Shown: positions 48,380-61,786, numbered from the stretch's first letter. The stretch is DNA of 64,000 nt from Heptranchias perlo (GCF_035084215.1 NC_090361.1:3410001-3474000); one strand, 5' to 3'. Notes: a model not told the origin generated them from the sequence alone. Program-made: numbers and translations.

Positions 48380-49120
48380 ATTTGCATTTATATAGCGCCT
48401 TTAACGTAGTAAAAAGTCCCAAGATGCTTCACAGGAACGTTATCAAACAAAATTTGTCTCCAAGCCACATGAGATATTAGGACAAGTGACCAAAAGCTTG
48501 GTAAAGAGGTTGGTTCTAAGGAGCATCTTAAAGGTAGAGAGAGAGGTAGAGAGGTTTAGGGAGGGAATTCCAGACCTTGGGGCCTTGACAGCTGAAGGCA
48601 CGGCCGCCAATGGTGGGCGGAAGGAAAATCGGGGATGAGCAAGAGGCAAGAATTGGAGGAGGGTAGAGATCTCTGAGGGTTGTAGTGCTGGAGGAGGTCA
48701 CAGAGATAGGGAGGGGCGAGGCCATGGAGGGATTTGAAAACAGGATAAGAATTTTAAAAATCAAGGTCCTGCCGGACCTGGAGCCAGTGTAGGTCAGTGA
48801 GCACAGGGGTGATGGGTGAACGGGACTTGGTGCAGGACAGGGTACGGGCAGCAGATTTTTGGATGAGCTGAAGTTTATGGAGGGTGGAAGGTGGGAGGCT
48901 GGTCAGGAGAGCATTGGAATAATCAAGTCTGGAGGTAACTAAAGCATGGATGAGGGTTTTTGCAGCAGATGGGCTGAGGCAGGGCGGAGACAGGTGATAT
49001 TACAGAGGTGGAAGTAGGTGGTCTTAGTGATGGAGGTGATATGGGTTTGGAGGTTCAGCTCAGGGTCAAAAAGGACGCCAAGGTTTCGAACAGTCTGGTT
49101 CAGCCTGAGACAGTGGCCTG
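48380..49120 (-). mobile_element. L2-type LINE 3' fragment
   Basis: Reverse complement of 56740-57475. Confidence 0.85.
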
Positions 49121-49821
49121 AATGCAGTTCCCCAAATCTAAATCACACAGAAAGAAGGAACTTGCATTTGTATAGCACCTATCTCTACCTCAAGACATCC
49201 CAAAGTGCTTTATAGCCAATTAAGTACTTTTGTAATGTTTGAAATATTGCAGCTAATTTGTGCACAGCAAGCTCCCACAAACAGCAATGAGATAATGACC
49301 AGGTAATCTGTTTTTTTTAGTGATGTTGATTTGAGGGATAAATATTGGCTCAGGACACTGGAGAGAACCCCACTGTTCTTCAAATAGTGGCTGTGGGATC
49401 TTACCTCCACCCTAGAGAGCAGGGTTTAACTTCCTCCGAAGGACGGCACTCCGACAGTGCAGCATTCCCTCAGTACTGCACTGGGAGTGTCAGCCTAGAT
49501 TTTGTGCTTAAGTCTCTGGAGTGGGACTTGAACCCACGACTTTCTGACTCAGAGGCAAGCTTGCTAACCAGTGAGCCACAGCTGACACCGAACACAGGAG
49601 GAACACTTTTACAAAATCCATTAATCAATCACATTTATTAAGCACATGTGCAGCAACACAACAGAGACAGAGCGCCAGAAAGCTTGGAAAAAAACAGCCC
49701 TGTATCCCAGCCCATTTTAAACAAGCTCGCTGGCCTATCGAGGATTGTTGGTGTTGCTTGTGGAGAGATCTGCGGCCTGGAGCATGAGAGGAAACATCAC
49801 AACATGGTCTTTGCTCATCAC

Positions 49822-49897
49822 CTTTAGTATGGCCACCGTAAGTAATGGAGTCGACACTGAACTGATCATTGTAGAGTACATATGCCACATCTTTACT
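49822..49897 (-). CDS. DNASE2: DNase II coding exon 3 (first catalytic HTK)
   Basis: SKDVAYVLYNDQFSVDSITYGGHTK(G). Confidence 0.95.
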
Positions 49898-50779
49898 CTG
49901 GAAAAACAGAATACAGGAATGAATGTAGAAATCCTCCCAACTGCTTCTTACTGCCTCTAAGCAACCTATTAACTCCAGGCATCCAGAGTCAAGAGGTGCT
50001 TCCTAACTGCTTTCCAGCCCCTCTGAAAACGTGGCTTCAGTTTGCTGCATGATACAGAGAGTATTCCCAGCCCAGCCATACGGCACCCAAACAAAGTCAC
50101 AGCTCTTTCTCCTGAAACAAGTACGTTATCGTCACAGCTCCCACGTTATCTCAAGCTACACTGTGCCCATCTGTCCAAACAGAGCGATACCGGGGCTAAA
50201 AGGGTTAAATTACGAGGACAGGTTGCATAGACTAGGCTTGTATTCCCTTGAGTAGAGAAGATTAAGGGCTGATCTAATTGAGGTGTTTAAGATGATTAAA
50301 TGATTTGATAGGGTAGATAGAGAGAAACTAATTCCTCTGGTGAGGGAGTCCAGAACAAGGGGGCATAACCTTAAAATTAGACCTAGGCCGTTCAGGGGTG
50401 ATGTCAGGAAGCACTTCTTCACACAAAGGGGAGTGGGAATCTGGAACTCTCTCCCCCAAAAAGCTGTTGAGGTTGGGGGTCAATTGAAAATTTCAAAACT
50501 GAGATTAATAGATTTTTGTAAGGCAAGGGTATTAAGGGTTACAGAACCAAGGCGGGTAAATGGAGTTAAGATACAGATCAGCCATGATCTAATTGAATGG
50601 CGGAACAGGCTCGAGGGGCTGAATGGCCTCCTGTTCCTATGTTCCAAACGTGTGTGTATTTTTTTTTTAAAAAGGACAGATTTGGAAATGATTCAATGGT
50701 GAATATTCTGCTTATTAAGGAGAGGGGATTTCCTCCTGGGAGTTCAACCAAGCCATACAAACCACAACTGGCATTGACT

Positions 50780-51530
50780 CGGGGATTGCTGAGGGAAGTA
50801 AGTGTGGAAATTGTGGAGGTACTGGCCATAATCTTCCAAACATCCTTAGATACGGGGGTGGTGCCAGAGGACTGGAGAATTGCAAATGTTACACCCTTGT
50901 TCAAAAAAAGGGAATAAGGATAAACCCAGAAACTATAAGCCAGTCAGTTTAACCTCAATAGTGGGGAAACTTTTAGAAACGATAATCTGGGACAGAATTA
51001 ACAGTCACTTGGATGAGGGTGGATTGATTAGGGAAAGCCAGCACAGATTTGTTAAAGGCAAATCGTGTTTAACTAACCTGATAGAGTTTTTTGACGATGT
51101 AACAGAGACTGGAGAAGCTGGGGTTGTTCTCCTTGGAACAGAGAAGGTTGAGAGGAGATTTGATAGAGGTATTCAAAATCATGAAGGGTCTAGACAGAGT
51201 AGATGCAGAGAAACTGTGCCCATTGGCGGAAGGGTCAAGAACCAGAGGACATAGATTTAAAGTGATTGGCAAAAGACCCAAAGGTGACATGAGGAAAAAC
51301 ATTTTCACTCAGCGAGTGGTGAGGATCTGGAATGCACTGCCCGAGGGGGTGGTGGAGGCAGATTCAATCATGGTTTTCAAAAGGCAACTGGATAAGTACT
51401 TGAAAGGAAAAAATTTGCAGGGCTACGGAGATAGGGCGGGGGAGTGGGAGTAGCTGGATTGCTCTTGCATAGAGCTGGCACAGAATCGATGGGCCAAATG
51501 GCCTCCTTCCGTTTCTATGATTCTATGACT
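50780..51530 (+). mobile_element. CR1 LINE fragment with RT N-terminal motifs and an internal deletion
   Basis: VPEDWRIANVTPLFKK, NYKPVSLTS, KSCLTNLIEFF followed directly by the 3' end. Confidence 0.9.
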
Positions 51531-52905
51531 CCCCTGGTCTAGGGAGGTGAGGGGAAAGAAACAAATCTAACCAGCAACCTTATGATTGCTGGAAAACCAG
51601 GGTCCTTTCAGCAAAATGTCCAACTGCTGGCTGAGATATCAGCGTAACTTGAAGGAGTTTACAGATTTCTCTCTTTTGCTCATCAGGATTTGGAAGAAAT
51701 CTATCTGGATATTTACCAATCCAAATAAGTATTACAGAGCATGCGGCCTCTGTCAGAGGCCCTTTCCAGCATCTTACAGTCCCCAACTCTTGGAGGAGGT
51801 ACAGCTTCCTCAGGTGCCCACTCCAAATCAGACAAATCCAATGCGCTGAAGGGGTGGGTGGGCGAACCACACAAAACTCTAGTAGCCCCCAGGGTTTGGC
51901 CCCCATAACACCGCTCCCATCGCCCACCTCGCACAAGACCCACCCCAGCGCCCCACCCTCTGCTGACTTCAGCTATTGCGGAATTACCAAATCCTACAGC
52001 ACAGAAAGAGGCCATTTGGCCCATCATGCCTGTGCTGGCTCTTTGAAAGAGCTATCCAATTCGTCCCACTCCCCTGCTCTTATCCCATCAGCCCTAAAGC
52101 TTTTATTTTTAAGAGGTACCACCACATATGAAGAATTTGGATGGGAGGGGGAGAAAGAACAAATGGGGCAATTAGATCATTTTTAGGGCAGCCATAGGGG
52201 GCCACTACGCTACACCAGTCCGGTGTGTTGGAATGTCCATCAGGCGCACACCACATGGCCAATAAATCACCTCAAAATATAACTGTATGTTTCTGCAAAT
52301 CGTGATGTATTCTGGTGGAAACAGCAAGGTACATTGAAAATTCCGATTTTAAAAAATAGAAATCTACTTCCCCCCCACCCCCCCTCCCTCATCCCCCTCC
52401 CCAGGTGTCAGCTCGAGGATCAATTAACAGAAAGCAGAATTCCTGATACACCTAAAACAAGCAGGGGAGTTCTCCCTGTGACCTTGGCCAATATTTAATC
52501 CCTTAACCAACATCTAAAACAGATGATCTGGTCGTTTATCTCATTGCTGATTGTGGGATCTTGCTGTGCGCAAAATGGATGCCAGGTTTCCTACATTACA
52601 ACAGTGACTACACTACAAAAAGTACTTCATTGGCTGCAAAGTTCTCTGGGACGTTCTGAGGTTGTGAAAGGCACTGTATAAAATGCCAGTCTTTCTTTTG
52701 TTTCTTTCTCAAATCCAAGGAGAGGAATATCAGACCGCACTCCGCCACGCTGGTTAACAATCTCCCCGTAGTCTCGATATCGAAAGTGATGACCTTGTGA
52801 TTGTTCTCTGTATGGCCTTACTCGTGAACCCCCCGCCCCGCCCCCACCCCCGCACCCCTCCCCCTCCAATCCTAGCTCAGTGGCATAAACAACCGCTCCA
52901 GTTAC

Positions 52906-53071
52906 CTGACTTGTAGATCTTCCGTAGAGCTGCTGCAAAGTCCTTCCCACAGTTCCATCTGTCTGATTCATTGAGTATTTCCCAGGTTTCCAGCCACCAG
53001 TTGTGGAGTCGATGTACATGTATGTTAAACCACTCCCATCAACGTCTTTAGGCAACTTGTAAATAATAAAC
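52906..53071 (-). CDS. DNASE2: DNase II coding exon 2
   Basis: FIIYKLPKDVDGSGLTYMYIDSTTGGW...VGRTLQQLY. Confidence 0.95.
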
Positions 53072-53521
53072 CTGAATGCAGAGGGGGGGGAAGAACTAAG
53101 TTAACAGCAAAGGGAAAAGGGACGGCTGTCCACATAACTCGATCTTGGGCAGTTTCGATCCACCACTGGCGAGCATGGGCACACATCACAATATCCCCCC
53201 CCCCCCCCCCCCCCCCGGTTCAGCAGCACATTGGCAATCTTATTCCGAGGGGGAAGATTTCATCAGTGCATTTTGCACCAGAATCGTAAGTGTGCTGTTT
53301 ATAAACAGTTACAATGTTCACAAGAGAAAATCTTTCCCCAAAGTGAGGAACAGAAACTCATCTCACCAATGTGGTAGAGTCGCTTTTCTGAGGTTGGGCC
53401 TAAGACATGGCGTTGGGACAGAGTAGGGGTAGTTTTGCTTTGGATCCAGCTGCGCTGTACCTGACCTGTCAAGTCCTTAGCACCAATACAGAGCCCCAGA
53501 AATGAAAGTGGGTGGTGGTTG

Positions 53522-53675
53522 AGTTTGAGCGGTAGTGTAAAACGGGGGAGGGTGAGTCGGCAGTCCGTTTACCTCTCTCCCCATTGTTTTTATTTCCATT
53601 GAAGTCACTCGGGAGAGATGTAAAACAGGCTGCCGATTCGCTATCACCCGTTTTACACTATCACACAGTCAAACT
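53522..53675. mobile_element. Palindromic MITE
   Basis: tagtgtaaaacggg / cccgttttacacta plus inner paired arms. Confidence 0.75.
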
Positions 53676-55369
53676 TTAAAAAATATTATTATTCATTCTC
53701 AGGATGTGGGCGCCGCTGGCAAGGCCGGCATTTATTGCCCATCCCTAATCGCCCTTGAGAAGTTGGTGGTGAGACGCCTTCTTGAACCGCTGCAGTCCGA
53801 TGGTGAAGGTTCTCCCACAAACATCCCCCTTTGGGCGCTAATAGAGACCCACTTTGAGGAGTGTACTGGTCGCTAGGACAGTTCATGCTGTATAACACGC
53901 AGTGCCTGACAGTACATCACATTTTCCAGCAGTAGTTTGTGGGGTTATTCTGAGTTACTGGTACAAGTGCTTTTTGTGAAAAAAATAATAGTTCGTTATG
54001 GGGCAATTGGAGAACGTTTCCTTCCCAAATGATGAAACAAGATTGCGCCAGTGAATTAACGGGTTAAATGATCACGTGGGGTGAACGTGATGCTGGCACT
54101 GCTCAAATCCGCAAACCTCAATGAGAACATGGGAACAGTGGGACATTGTCACTGATCACAGGTCCAAGAAAACCAGCAGTTGCATAATAAGGAAACAGAA
54201 AGATAGGTTTGATGTTTAACTTCTGCTTTTCTCTTAGCTTCATTGTCACTCAGGCGGTTTATTTTTGTAGCTCTTTGTCACTCAGAAAATAATGGCGTTA
54301 TTTCATGGTACCAGTGGATTTCTTCAAAAACGGTGTCTCAGTAAACATCGCACATAATGTACATCCTTGCCTGTTAACACTGCAGAGGAGTGGGGACGGC
54401 AGTTAGGAATACAGGACTTGCTAGATGAGAATAGACCAAGGTCCACCTAGATCGCCTACCACCATCCTGGTAGTCACATGATACAATGATAATGGAGTTA
54501 TTGGCTAATCATAGCAATCAATCTCTATCAATTTGTCTACAACAGACCCAGACACTGGCACTCTAGAACTAGGGGGCATAGTCTCAGGATAAGGGGGTCG
54601 GCCATTTAAGACTGAGATGAGGACAAATTTCTTCACTCAGATGGTGGTGAATCTTTGGAATTCTCTACCCCAATGGGCTGTGAATGCTCAGTCGTTGAGT
54701 ATATTCAAGACTGAGATTAATAGATTTCTGGACTCTAGAGGAATCAAGGGATATGGGGATTGGGCGGGGCAGTGGAGTTGAGGTCGAAGATCGGCCATGA
54801 TCTTATTGAACGGCGGAGCAGGCTCGAGGGGCCGTATGGCCGACTCCTGCTCCTGTTTCTTATGTTCTCTGGGAATCCCCCTGCAAATACACACATGTTC
54901 CTCAGGACCCCCGTGCGTTTCCAGAGACCCCTATCCTAACAGCTGATCAATTGAAAACATTGGTATCGTTATAGAAAATGCATCTTTTTTTATTATTAGT
55001 ATATAGAAAATACAACCCAGTAAGTCAACAAACATCAAATACTACGAGACTCTGACGAGACTGAAAAACAATCAAGAGCTTCAAGCAAGAGTACTTCACT
55101 GCACAGGAAGTGTTTTGCAACATGTTGAGTGCACAAGGCAAATTCTGACTTTTCCTTTGAAGTGGAAACCCATGCTGTCAAAGCACATTGGTCCCTCTCT
55201 TCCCTCCCATCTGATCAGAAAGCTCCTTCCACTACGGTGGGTAATGGAGGTTCCATTTATACGTCACTCTTGCTGATCAGAAAGGTCACTTCTAACACTG
55301 CCCCGATGTTTAGAGCTCAGTCTTTAGTTGAACAAGTTCTAGATGTGGAAAGCAAATGACCTAACTTAC

Positions 55370-55482
55370 CAATCAACAGGCTGCCCACCATCATTGTAGC
55401 AGGAAATGTCAGAGGTCACAGACGACACAAAACAGGCAACAATCAAAGAAGAGAGCATGTACCAGTAACAGTGGCCGGCCAT
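55370..55482 (-). CDS. DNASE2: DNase II first coding exon (signal peptide; total 362 aa)
   Basis: ttttgcag|ATG, MAGHCYWYMLSSLIVACFVSSVTSDISCYNDGGQPVDW|gtaagt; alpha versus beta paralog identity is inferred from synteny. Confidence 0.9.
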
Positions 55483-56039
55483 CTGCAAAACAATGAGATC
55501 ATTGAAGATCAACAGGTTAAAGCTTTCTCTTCCAGTCAGCAATCCTCATATTCCCATCCACGTTTTCAAATCCCTCCGTGGCCTCGCCCCTCTCTATCTC
55601 TGACCTCCTCCAGCCCTACAACCCTCCGAAATCTTTGCGCTCCTCCAATTCTTCCCTCTTACGCATCCCTGATTTTAGTCGCTCCACCATTGGCGGCCGT
55701 GCCTTCAGCTGCCTGGGCCCCAAGCTCTGGAATTCCCTCCCTAAACCTCTCCGCCTCTCTCTCCTCCTTTAACACTCCTTAAAACTTACCTCTTTGACCA
55801 AGCTTTTGGTCACCTGTCCTAATATCTCCTTACGTGGCTCAGTGTCAAATTTCTGTTTCATAACACTCCTGTGAAGGGCCTTGGGACGTTTCGGACTCAG
55901 AGCATTATCACTAATCTAAGGCGGACAAAATATTTTTCCCATGCTTTCTTCAAGTTAATAACAAATAGTAGAAACTGGGTATGTGATTTGAAGCTACACT
56001 GGGAGCAACATACAGGTGTAGCACAGAACTTGTACCTCA

Positions 56040-57475
56040 AAAAACCCACCCTTGACCTTTTCCGTCCTTGCAAACTACCGGCCCATCTCCAACCTCCCTT
56101 TCCTCTCCAAAGTCCTTGAATGTCTTGTCGCCTCCCAAATCCATGCCCATCTTTCCCGCAACTCCATATTCGAATCCCTCCAATCAGGTTTTAGACCCTG
56201 TCACAGTACTGAAACGGCCCTCATCAAAGTCACAAATGACATCCTATGTGACTGTGACCGTGGTAAACTCTCCCTCCTCATCCTTCTCGACCTGTCTGCA
56301 GCCTTTGACATGGTTGACCACACCATCCTCCTGACACCTCTCCTCCGTTGTCCAGCTGGGTGGGACTGCCCTCGCCTGGTTCCATTCCTATCTATCCAGT
56401 CATAGCCAGAGAATCACCTGCAATGGCTTCTCTTCCCACTCCCGCATCGTTACCTCTGGAGTCCTCCAAGGATCTATCCTGGGCCTCCTTCTATTTCTCA
56501 TCCACATGCTGCCCCTCGGCGACATCATCCGAAAACGTCAGATTCCACATGTACGCTGACGACACCCAGCTCTACCTCACAACCACCTCCCGCGACTCCT
56601 CCACTGACTCTCATTTGTCACACTGCTTGTCCGACATGAGCAAAAATTTCCTCCAACTAAACATCGGGAAGACCGAAGCCATTGTCTTTGGTCCCCGCCA
56701 CAAACTCCGTTCCCCAGTCACCGACTCCATCCCTCTCCCTGGCCGCTGTCTGAGGCTGAACCTTGGCATCCTATTTGACCCTGAGATGAGTTTCCGACCC
56801 CATATCTGCTCCATCACCAAGACCGCCTGCTTCCACCTCCGTAACATCGCCCGTCTCCGTCCCTGCCTCAGTTCATCTGCTGCTGAAACCCTCATCCATG
56901 CCTTTGTTACCTCTAGACTGGACTATTCCAATGCTCTGCTGGCCGGCCTCTCATGTTCCACCCTCCATAAACTTAAGCTCATCCAAAACTCTGCTGCCCG
57001 TATCCTAACTCGCACCAAGTCCCATTCTCCCATCACCCCCTGTGCTCGCTGACCTATACTGGCTCCCGGTCCGGGAACACCTCGATTTTAAAATTCTCAT
57101 CCTTGTTTTCAACTCCCTCTGGCCTCGCCCATCCCTATCTCTGTAACCTCCTCCAGCCCTACAACCCTCCGAGATCTCTGCGTTCCTCCAATTCTGGCCT
57201 CTTGCACATCCCAGATTTTAATCACTCCATCATTGGTGGCCGTGCCTTCAGCTCCCTAGGCCCTAAGCTCTGAAATTCCCTTCCTAAACCTCTCTGCTTC
57301 TCCACCTCTCTCTCCTCCTTTAAGACGCTCCTTAAAACCTACCTCTTTGACCAAGCTGCCCTAATATCTCCTTATGTGGCCCGGTGTTAATTTTTTTTTG
57401 ATAATCGCTCCTGTGAAGCACCTTGGTACGTTTTACCATGTTAAAGGCACTATATAAATGCAAGTTGTTGTTGTA
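56040..57475 (+). mobile_element. L2-type LINE with degenerate reverse transcriptase, 5'-truncated
   Basis: [46 protein letters not shown]; frameshifted; intact 3' tail. Confidence 0.95.
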
Positions 57476-58399
57476 CTTCTCTGGCATAATATTTAACTAG
57501 CCTTGTCCATTTCAAAAGTCAGCAAACATCCTTTTAATTAGTTGCGAACTCTCTCACCATAACAGTCCCGAGTCAGTCCAGAGTGTCAACTGTTTAAACA
57601 AGATAAATGGCCAGTGCTACATAGCAAACCCACAAAAAGGACACACAAACACAAGGTACATACCCAGAATCAAACCAAGCTGCCTGTCCTATGCTAATAT
57701 CTCAACAATCAGCACACAACTCACTGCCCCTCGGCAATAGCGATTGGTGACAGAATCCCAATGCATTGCTGAGTACTGTGGCACACAAGTCAATAAAAGC
57801 CCCTCACACCGGATCAGAACTTTACTCAATGCATACAAGTTCACCTTTAACAGGAATAGAGTGAGAAAGAAGGGGAGGCCGAATAAATGGAGAGCAGAAA
57901 CAATTACAATAAAACAATCTCTACAGACAGTTCAGGCTGTATCGTCAACCACGAGAGCAAACTTCAGCAATACTCAACGGAATAAGATTGAGATTTTTAA
58001 AAACCACACCAATCAAGGTTCTCTGGTGCAGCTGTGTTCAGAGTGTGGGAAGGAACAGTCAGTCCTTCACTTTAACACGCAGTTTCACTTCACGTCAACT
58101 CACTGTGTTGCTCTCTTCATCACTTGGTTGCAGTGTCCCCACTCTCAGCCTCTGCCCCACTCTCTCAGCCTCTTCTGCCACAGTTAAATCACCTTCCTGT
58201 TAGAAGTCTGACATCACCTCCAGCCTCACTAGTTCTCGTCCTCCCCCCACACACTTTGCTCAACCCAGTTACCAGTCAGAGGTTAACTTTAAAACATGTT
58301 TGGAAGAGTCCATCTTAAAGATTGGGAGGGGGGAGTGGGGTGAATCCAATGAAACTTGGCAGCATTAACCAAGTCAATAAAATAAATCACATTTCTAGT

Positions 58400-58750
58400 T
58401 TAGGGATTTCCCCAACTTACTGCCTGCATTAAACTACGCACTTCTTTATTTCACTCTCTTCTTGGCTCTGCCTCTTTTTTGAACAGAATCAGAAATACAA
58501 GGTTTACACTTTCTTGTTTCTGTTTTATTTACAGAGGAGATAAAGTTGTGAGAAATTCATTCCAGAAAGAAGTTTAAAGTATAACTTTTTCTCCCGATCT
58601 GTCGGTCTTGGTAGATACGTCTTCACAAAGTGTCAAACTTTCACAAAGAAAACATGTGACAGGAGAAACAAAACTGCCTCAACTTGTTGGGCGGCTTTTG
58701 AAGTTAGTAGAAAGCGCTGGAGTGGGGCTAAACAGGGTTTCACTTCCCGC
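58400..58750 (-). promoter_or_regulatory. Candidate DNase II promoter and non-coding first exon
   Basis: EICE GGAAGTGAAA (minus, 58738-58747), donor gca|gtaagt at 58421/58420, NF-kB GGGATTTCCC at 58403-58412. Confidence 0.45.
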
Positions 58751-59835
58751 TTTTAAAACTCCCATTTGTCAATTATGCTGATGCTGATTAATGAAGAAAG
58801 AACTTGCATTTATATAGCGCCTTTCATGACTTACTTTTGACACGTAGTCACTGTTGTAATGTAGGAAATGCAGTCAATTTGCGCACAGCAAGATCCCATA
58901 GACAGTAATAAGGTAATGACAACGTAATTTGTTTTAGTGATGTTGGTTGAAGGATAAATATTGGCTGGGACCCGGGGAGAACTCCCCCTGCTCTTCTCCA
59001 AAATAGTATCACAGGATCTTTTATATGCACCTGAGAGGGTAGATATGGCCTACAGTTTAACATCTCATCCAAAGGACAGCATCTCCAACAATGTAACTTT
59101 CCCACAGCTATTGCCCCTCTGATAGTGTAGCACTCCCTCAGTACAGCACTAGGTGCATTAAGCCTCAATTACATGCTCAAGTCTCTAGAGTGAAACTTGA
59201 ACCCATAATCTTCCGAGTCATAGGCAAGAACGCTACCCACTGAGCCACAGGAAAGGATATGATAGGTCAATGGCGCACAGGAGGATACAGGATCTGAAGT
59301 TCTCCTAGCAACAGCACCTCTACTCAAGCGATAGACTGTGATTCAGTTCTAGAAACCAGCTCTCCAGGGGTACAATCACTGTGCATTCAGCCAGCAGGCA
59401 GAAACTGCACAGACAGAAACGGGCCTGCCAAGGCAAGTCAGAACATCCCAAATCCCATAATGGCTTATTACCAGCAGTAAAATATTCCATTTAGTCGATC
59501 CAGAGGGAATGTGTCTTGCAAATTATAAGTCAGAATAAGGAGATAGGTGTAATCATATTTTTTAAAATGTAGGAATAACAATAGACAACTGCAATGGGCA
59601 ACACCTCAATTTTAAAATTCTCATCCTTGTTTTAAAATCCCCCCATGGCCTCGCCCCTCCCTATCTCTCTAACCTCCTCCAGCCCTACAACCCTCCAAGA
59701 TCTCTGCACTCTAATTCTGGCCTCTTGCGCATCCCCGATTTTAATTGCTCCACCATTGGTGGCCGTGCCTTCAGCTGCCTAGGCCCTAAGCTCTGGAATT
59801 CCCTCCCTAAACCTCTCCACCTCTCTCTCCTCCTA

Positions 59836-60239
59836 ACAAATGTTATCTGTTTTTAATATAATGGGTCATTTGCTGGCTCTCTCTGCCTTCCGGATGTTTC
59901 TGCCTCTCTCTCTGTTTTTTTTTTCTCCTTTTTTTTCTCTGTTTTTTTCCCTGTTTGTTTTTTTGTTGAATGTGTATTCGGGGGTTCTGCAGATGACACC
60001 TCTCTGTCTGAACACGGTGATTGCCTTGGCAACGGGCAGTTGCAGAGGCAGTCTGTAAACACCATGTATTATTCAATATGTATAAATGCGTAGGCTTCAA
60101 GGAGATCTTGAAACATTTACCTGAGGAAGGAGAAAATCTCCGAAAGCTTGTGAATTTAAAATAAAATTGCTGGACTATAACTTGGTGTTGTAAAATTGTT
60201 TACAATTGTCAACCCCAGTCCATCACCGGCATCTCCACA
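59836..60239 (+). mobile_element. Penelope-like terminal repeat / retrozyme-like insertion
   Basis: TSD TCCTCCTA (59828-59835, 60240-60247), TATAAA at 60081, hammerhead, AATAAA at 60160. Confidence 0.7.
60115..60155 (+). ncRNA. Minimal type-I hammerhead ribozyme motif
   Basis: AUUUAC CUGAGGA A GGAGA-AAA-UCUCC GAAA GC UU GUGAAU. Confidence 0.75.
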
Positions 60240-61786
60240 TCCTCCTATAAGATGCTCTTTAAAACCTACCTCTTTGACCAAGCTTTTGATCACCTGGCCT
60301 AATATCTCCTTTTGTGGCTCGGTGTCAAATTCTGTCTGATAATCGCTCCTGTGAAGTGCCCTGGGGGTGTTTTACTATGTTAAAGGCGCTATATAAATGC
60401 AAGTTGTTTTTGTGACCCCCATCTACCCCCCTCCCCCCACCAATCAGCCACGCGGTCTCCTGGGAGAGGCAAAAACACAGAGAGAAAGAAAAAAAAAATC
60501 TTAGGCCAATTTAGGAAAAACTCGAGGAATTCCTCTCCGACCCCCGAAGATGATCGAAGAAGTTCCCAGAGACATGATGACTGGTAGACACCTCCTCCAA
60601 TACACCACCCACCATCCATACATAGTTATATGGACCACACTCAGCAACTCCTCCAGCTTCCTTTAGAGTGATTACAGACACTGCTTGTGCTGATAACTGG
60701 TTGCTGAGATCAACAACTCTTTATGAAAACAACTACCTCCTGACATCCAACCTAGTTCGATGCTTATGTCATTTATTCTCATGTCCCCTGATCCTCCCGA
60801 ACCTATCTAACTCAAATAACCTAGCCACATGGACTGAATCTGATCCTTTCAATATTTTAGAGACTTCAAACCCAATCTCCTTGAAGCCGACACTTTTCTA
60901 GGCTAACAAGACCCAGCTCTCTAAGCCTATCATGTCAAATAAAGGCCTTTAAATTAGGTATTAATTTTCAGGCCCTCCTTTGAACCTTTTCCAGGGCCTT
61001 TATATTACCCACCACGTGAGGGGAACAAAATTGGACCAAGTATTCTAAATGGCCAATGCTTTATACAAAGTATTTTTTTTGTTTTGTATTTAATGGTCCT
61101 GGCAATACATCCTAACACTCTATTTGCTTTTGCAATAGCCTCACAGCACTGGTCATGAGCCTTCAGAGAGTCATAAATGCAGGCCCATAGTGCTCCCTGT
61201 GCTAAAGGCACTTAGATCCTTCATGCCGCCTGAAATGACCCTTTGTAGCCACTGAGCGAGCAGTGCGGGCAGATAAGTGTGGCTTGGGATCTTCCTGCAG
61301 CAGCTCAAAGAGATGTCTCATTGCCTCTTTGCTGAAGCGCACTCTACTTATCCACAATCCACAGGATGCACTGCAGCAACTCGCCAAGGCTTCTTCGACA
61401 GTACCTCCCCAAACCCACTACCTCTACCACCTAGAAGGACAAGAGCAGCAGGCACATGGGAACAATACCACCTGCACATTCCCCTCCAAGTCACACACCA
61501 TCCCGACTTGGAAATATATCGCCATTCCTTCATCATCGCTGAGTCAAAATCCTGGACTCCCTTCCTAACAGCACTGTGGGAGAACCTTCACCACAAGGAC
61601 TGCAGTGGTTCAAGAAGGCGGCTCACCACCACCTTCTCAAGGGCAATTAGGGATGGGCAATAAATGCTGGCCTTGCCAGCGACACCCACATCCCATGAAC
61701 GAATAAAGAAAAACAACTCCTCAGAAAGGTCCTCACAAGACATGTGCTGCCTGTATATCTTATGGGGGGAGGTGCTACAAGGGCGG

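Larger units (their letters stand above)
59600..60410 (+). mobile_element. L2 3' end split by a Penelope-like insertion
   Basis: L2 sequence resumes after 60247. Confidence 0.85.

Noticed and set aside
56052-57052. Reverse transcriptase ORFs as a functional gene or retron-like system
   Set aside because: Frameshifted, 5'-truncated L2 LINE with many sibling fragments in the window
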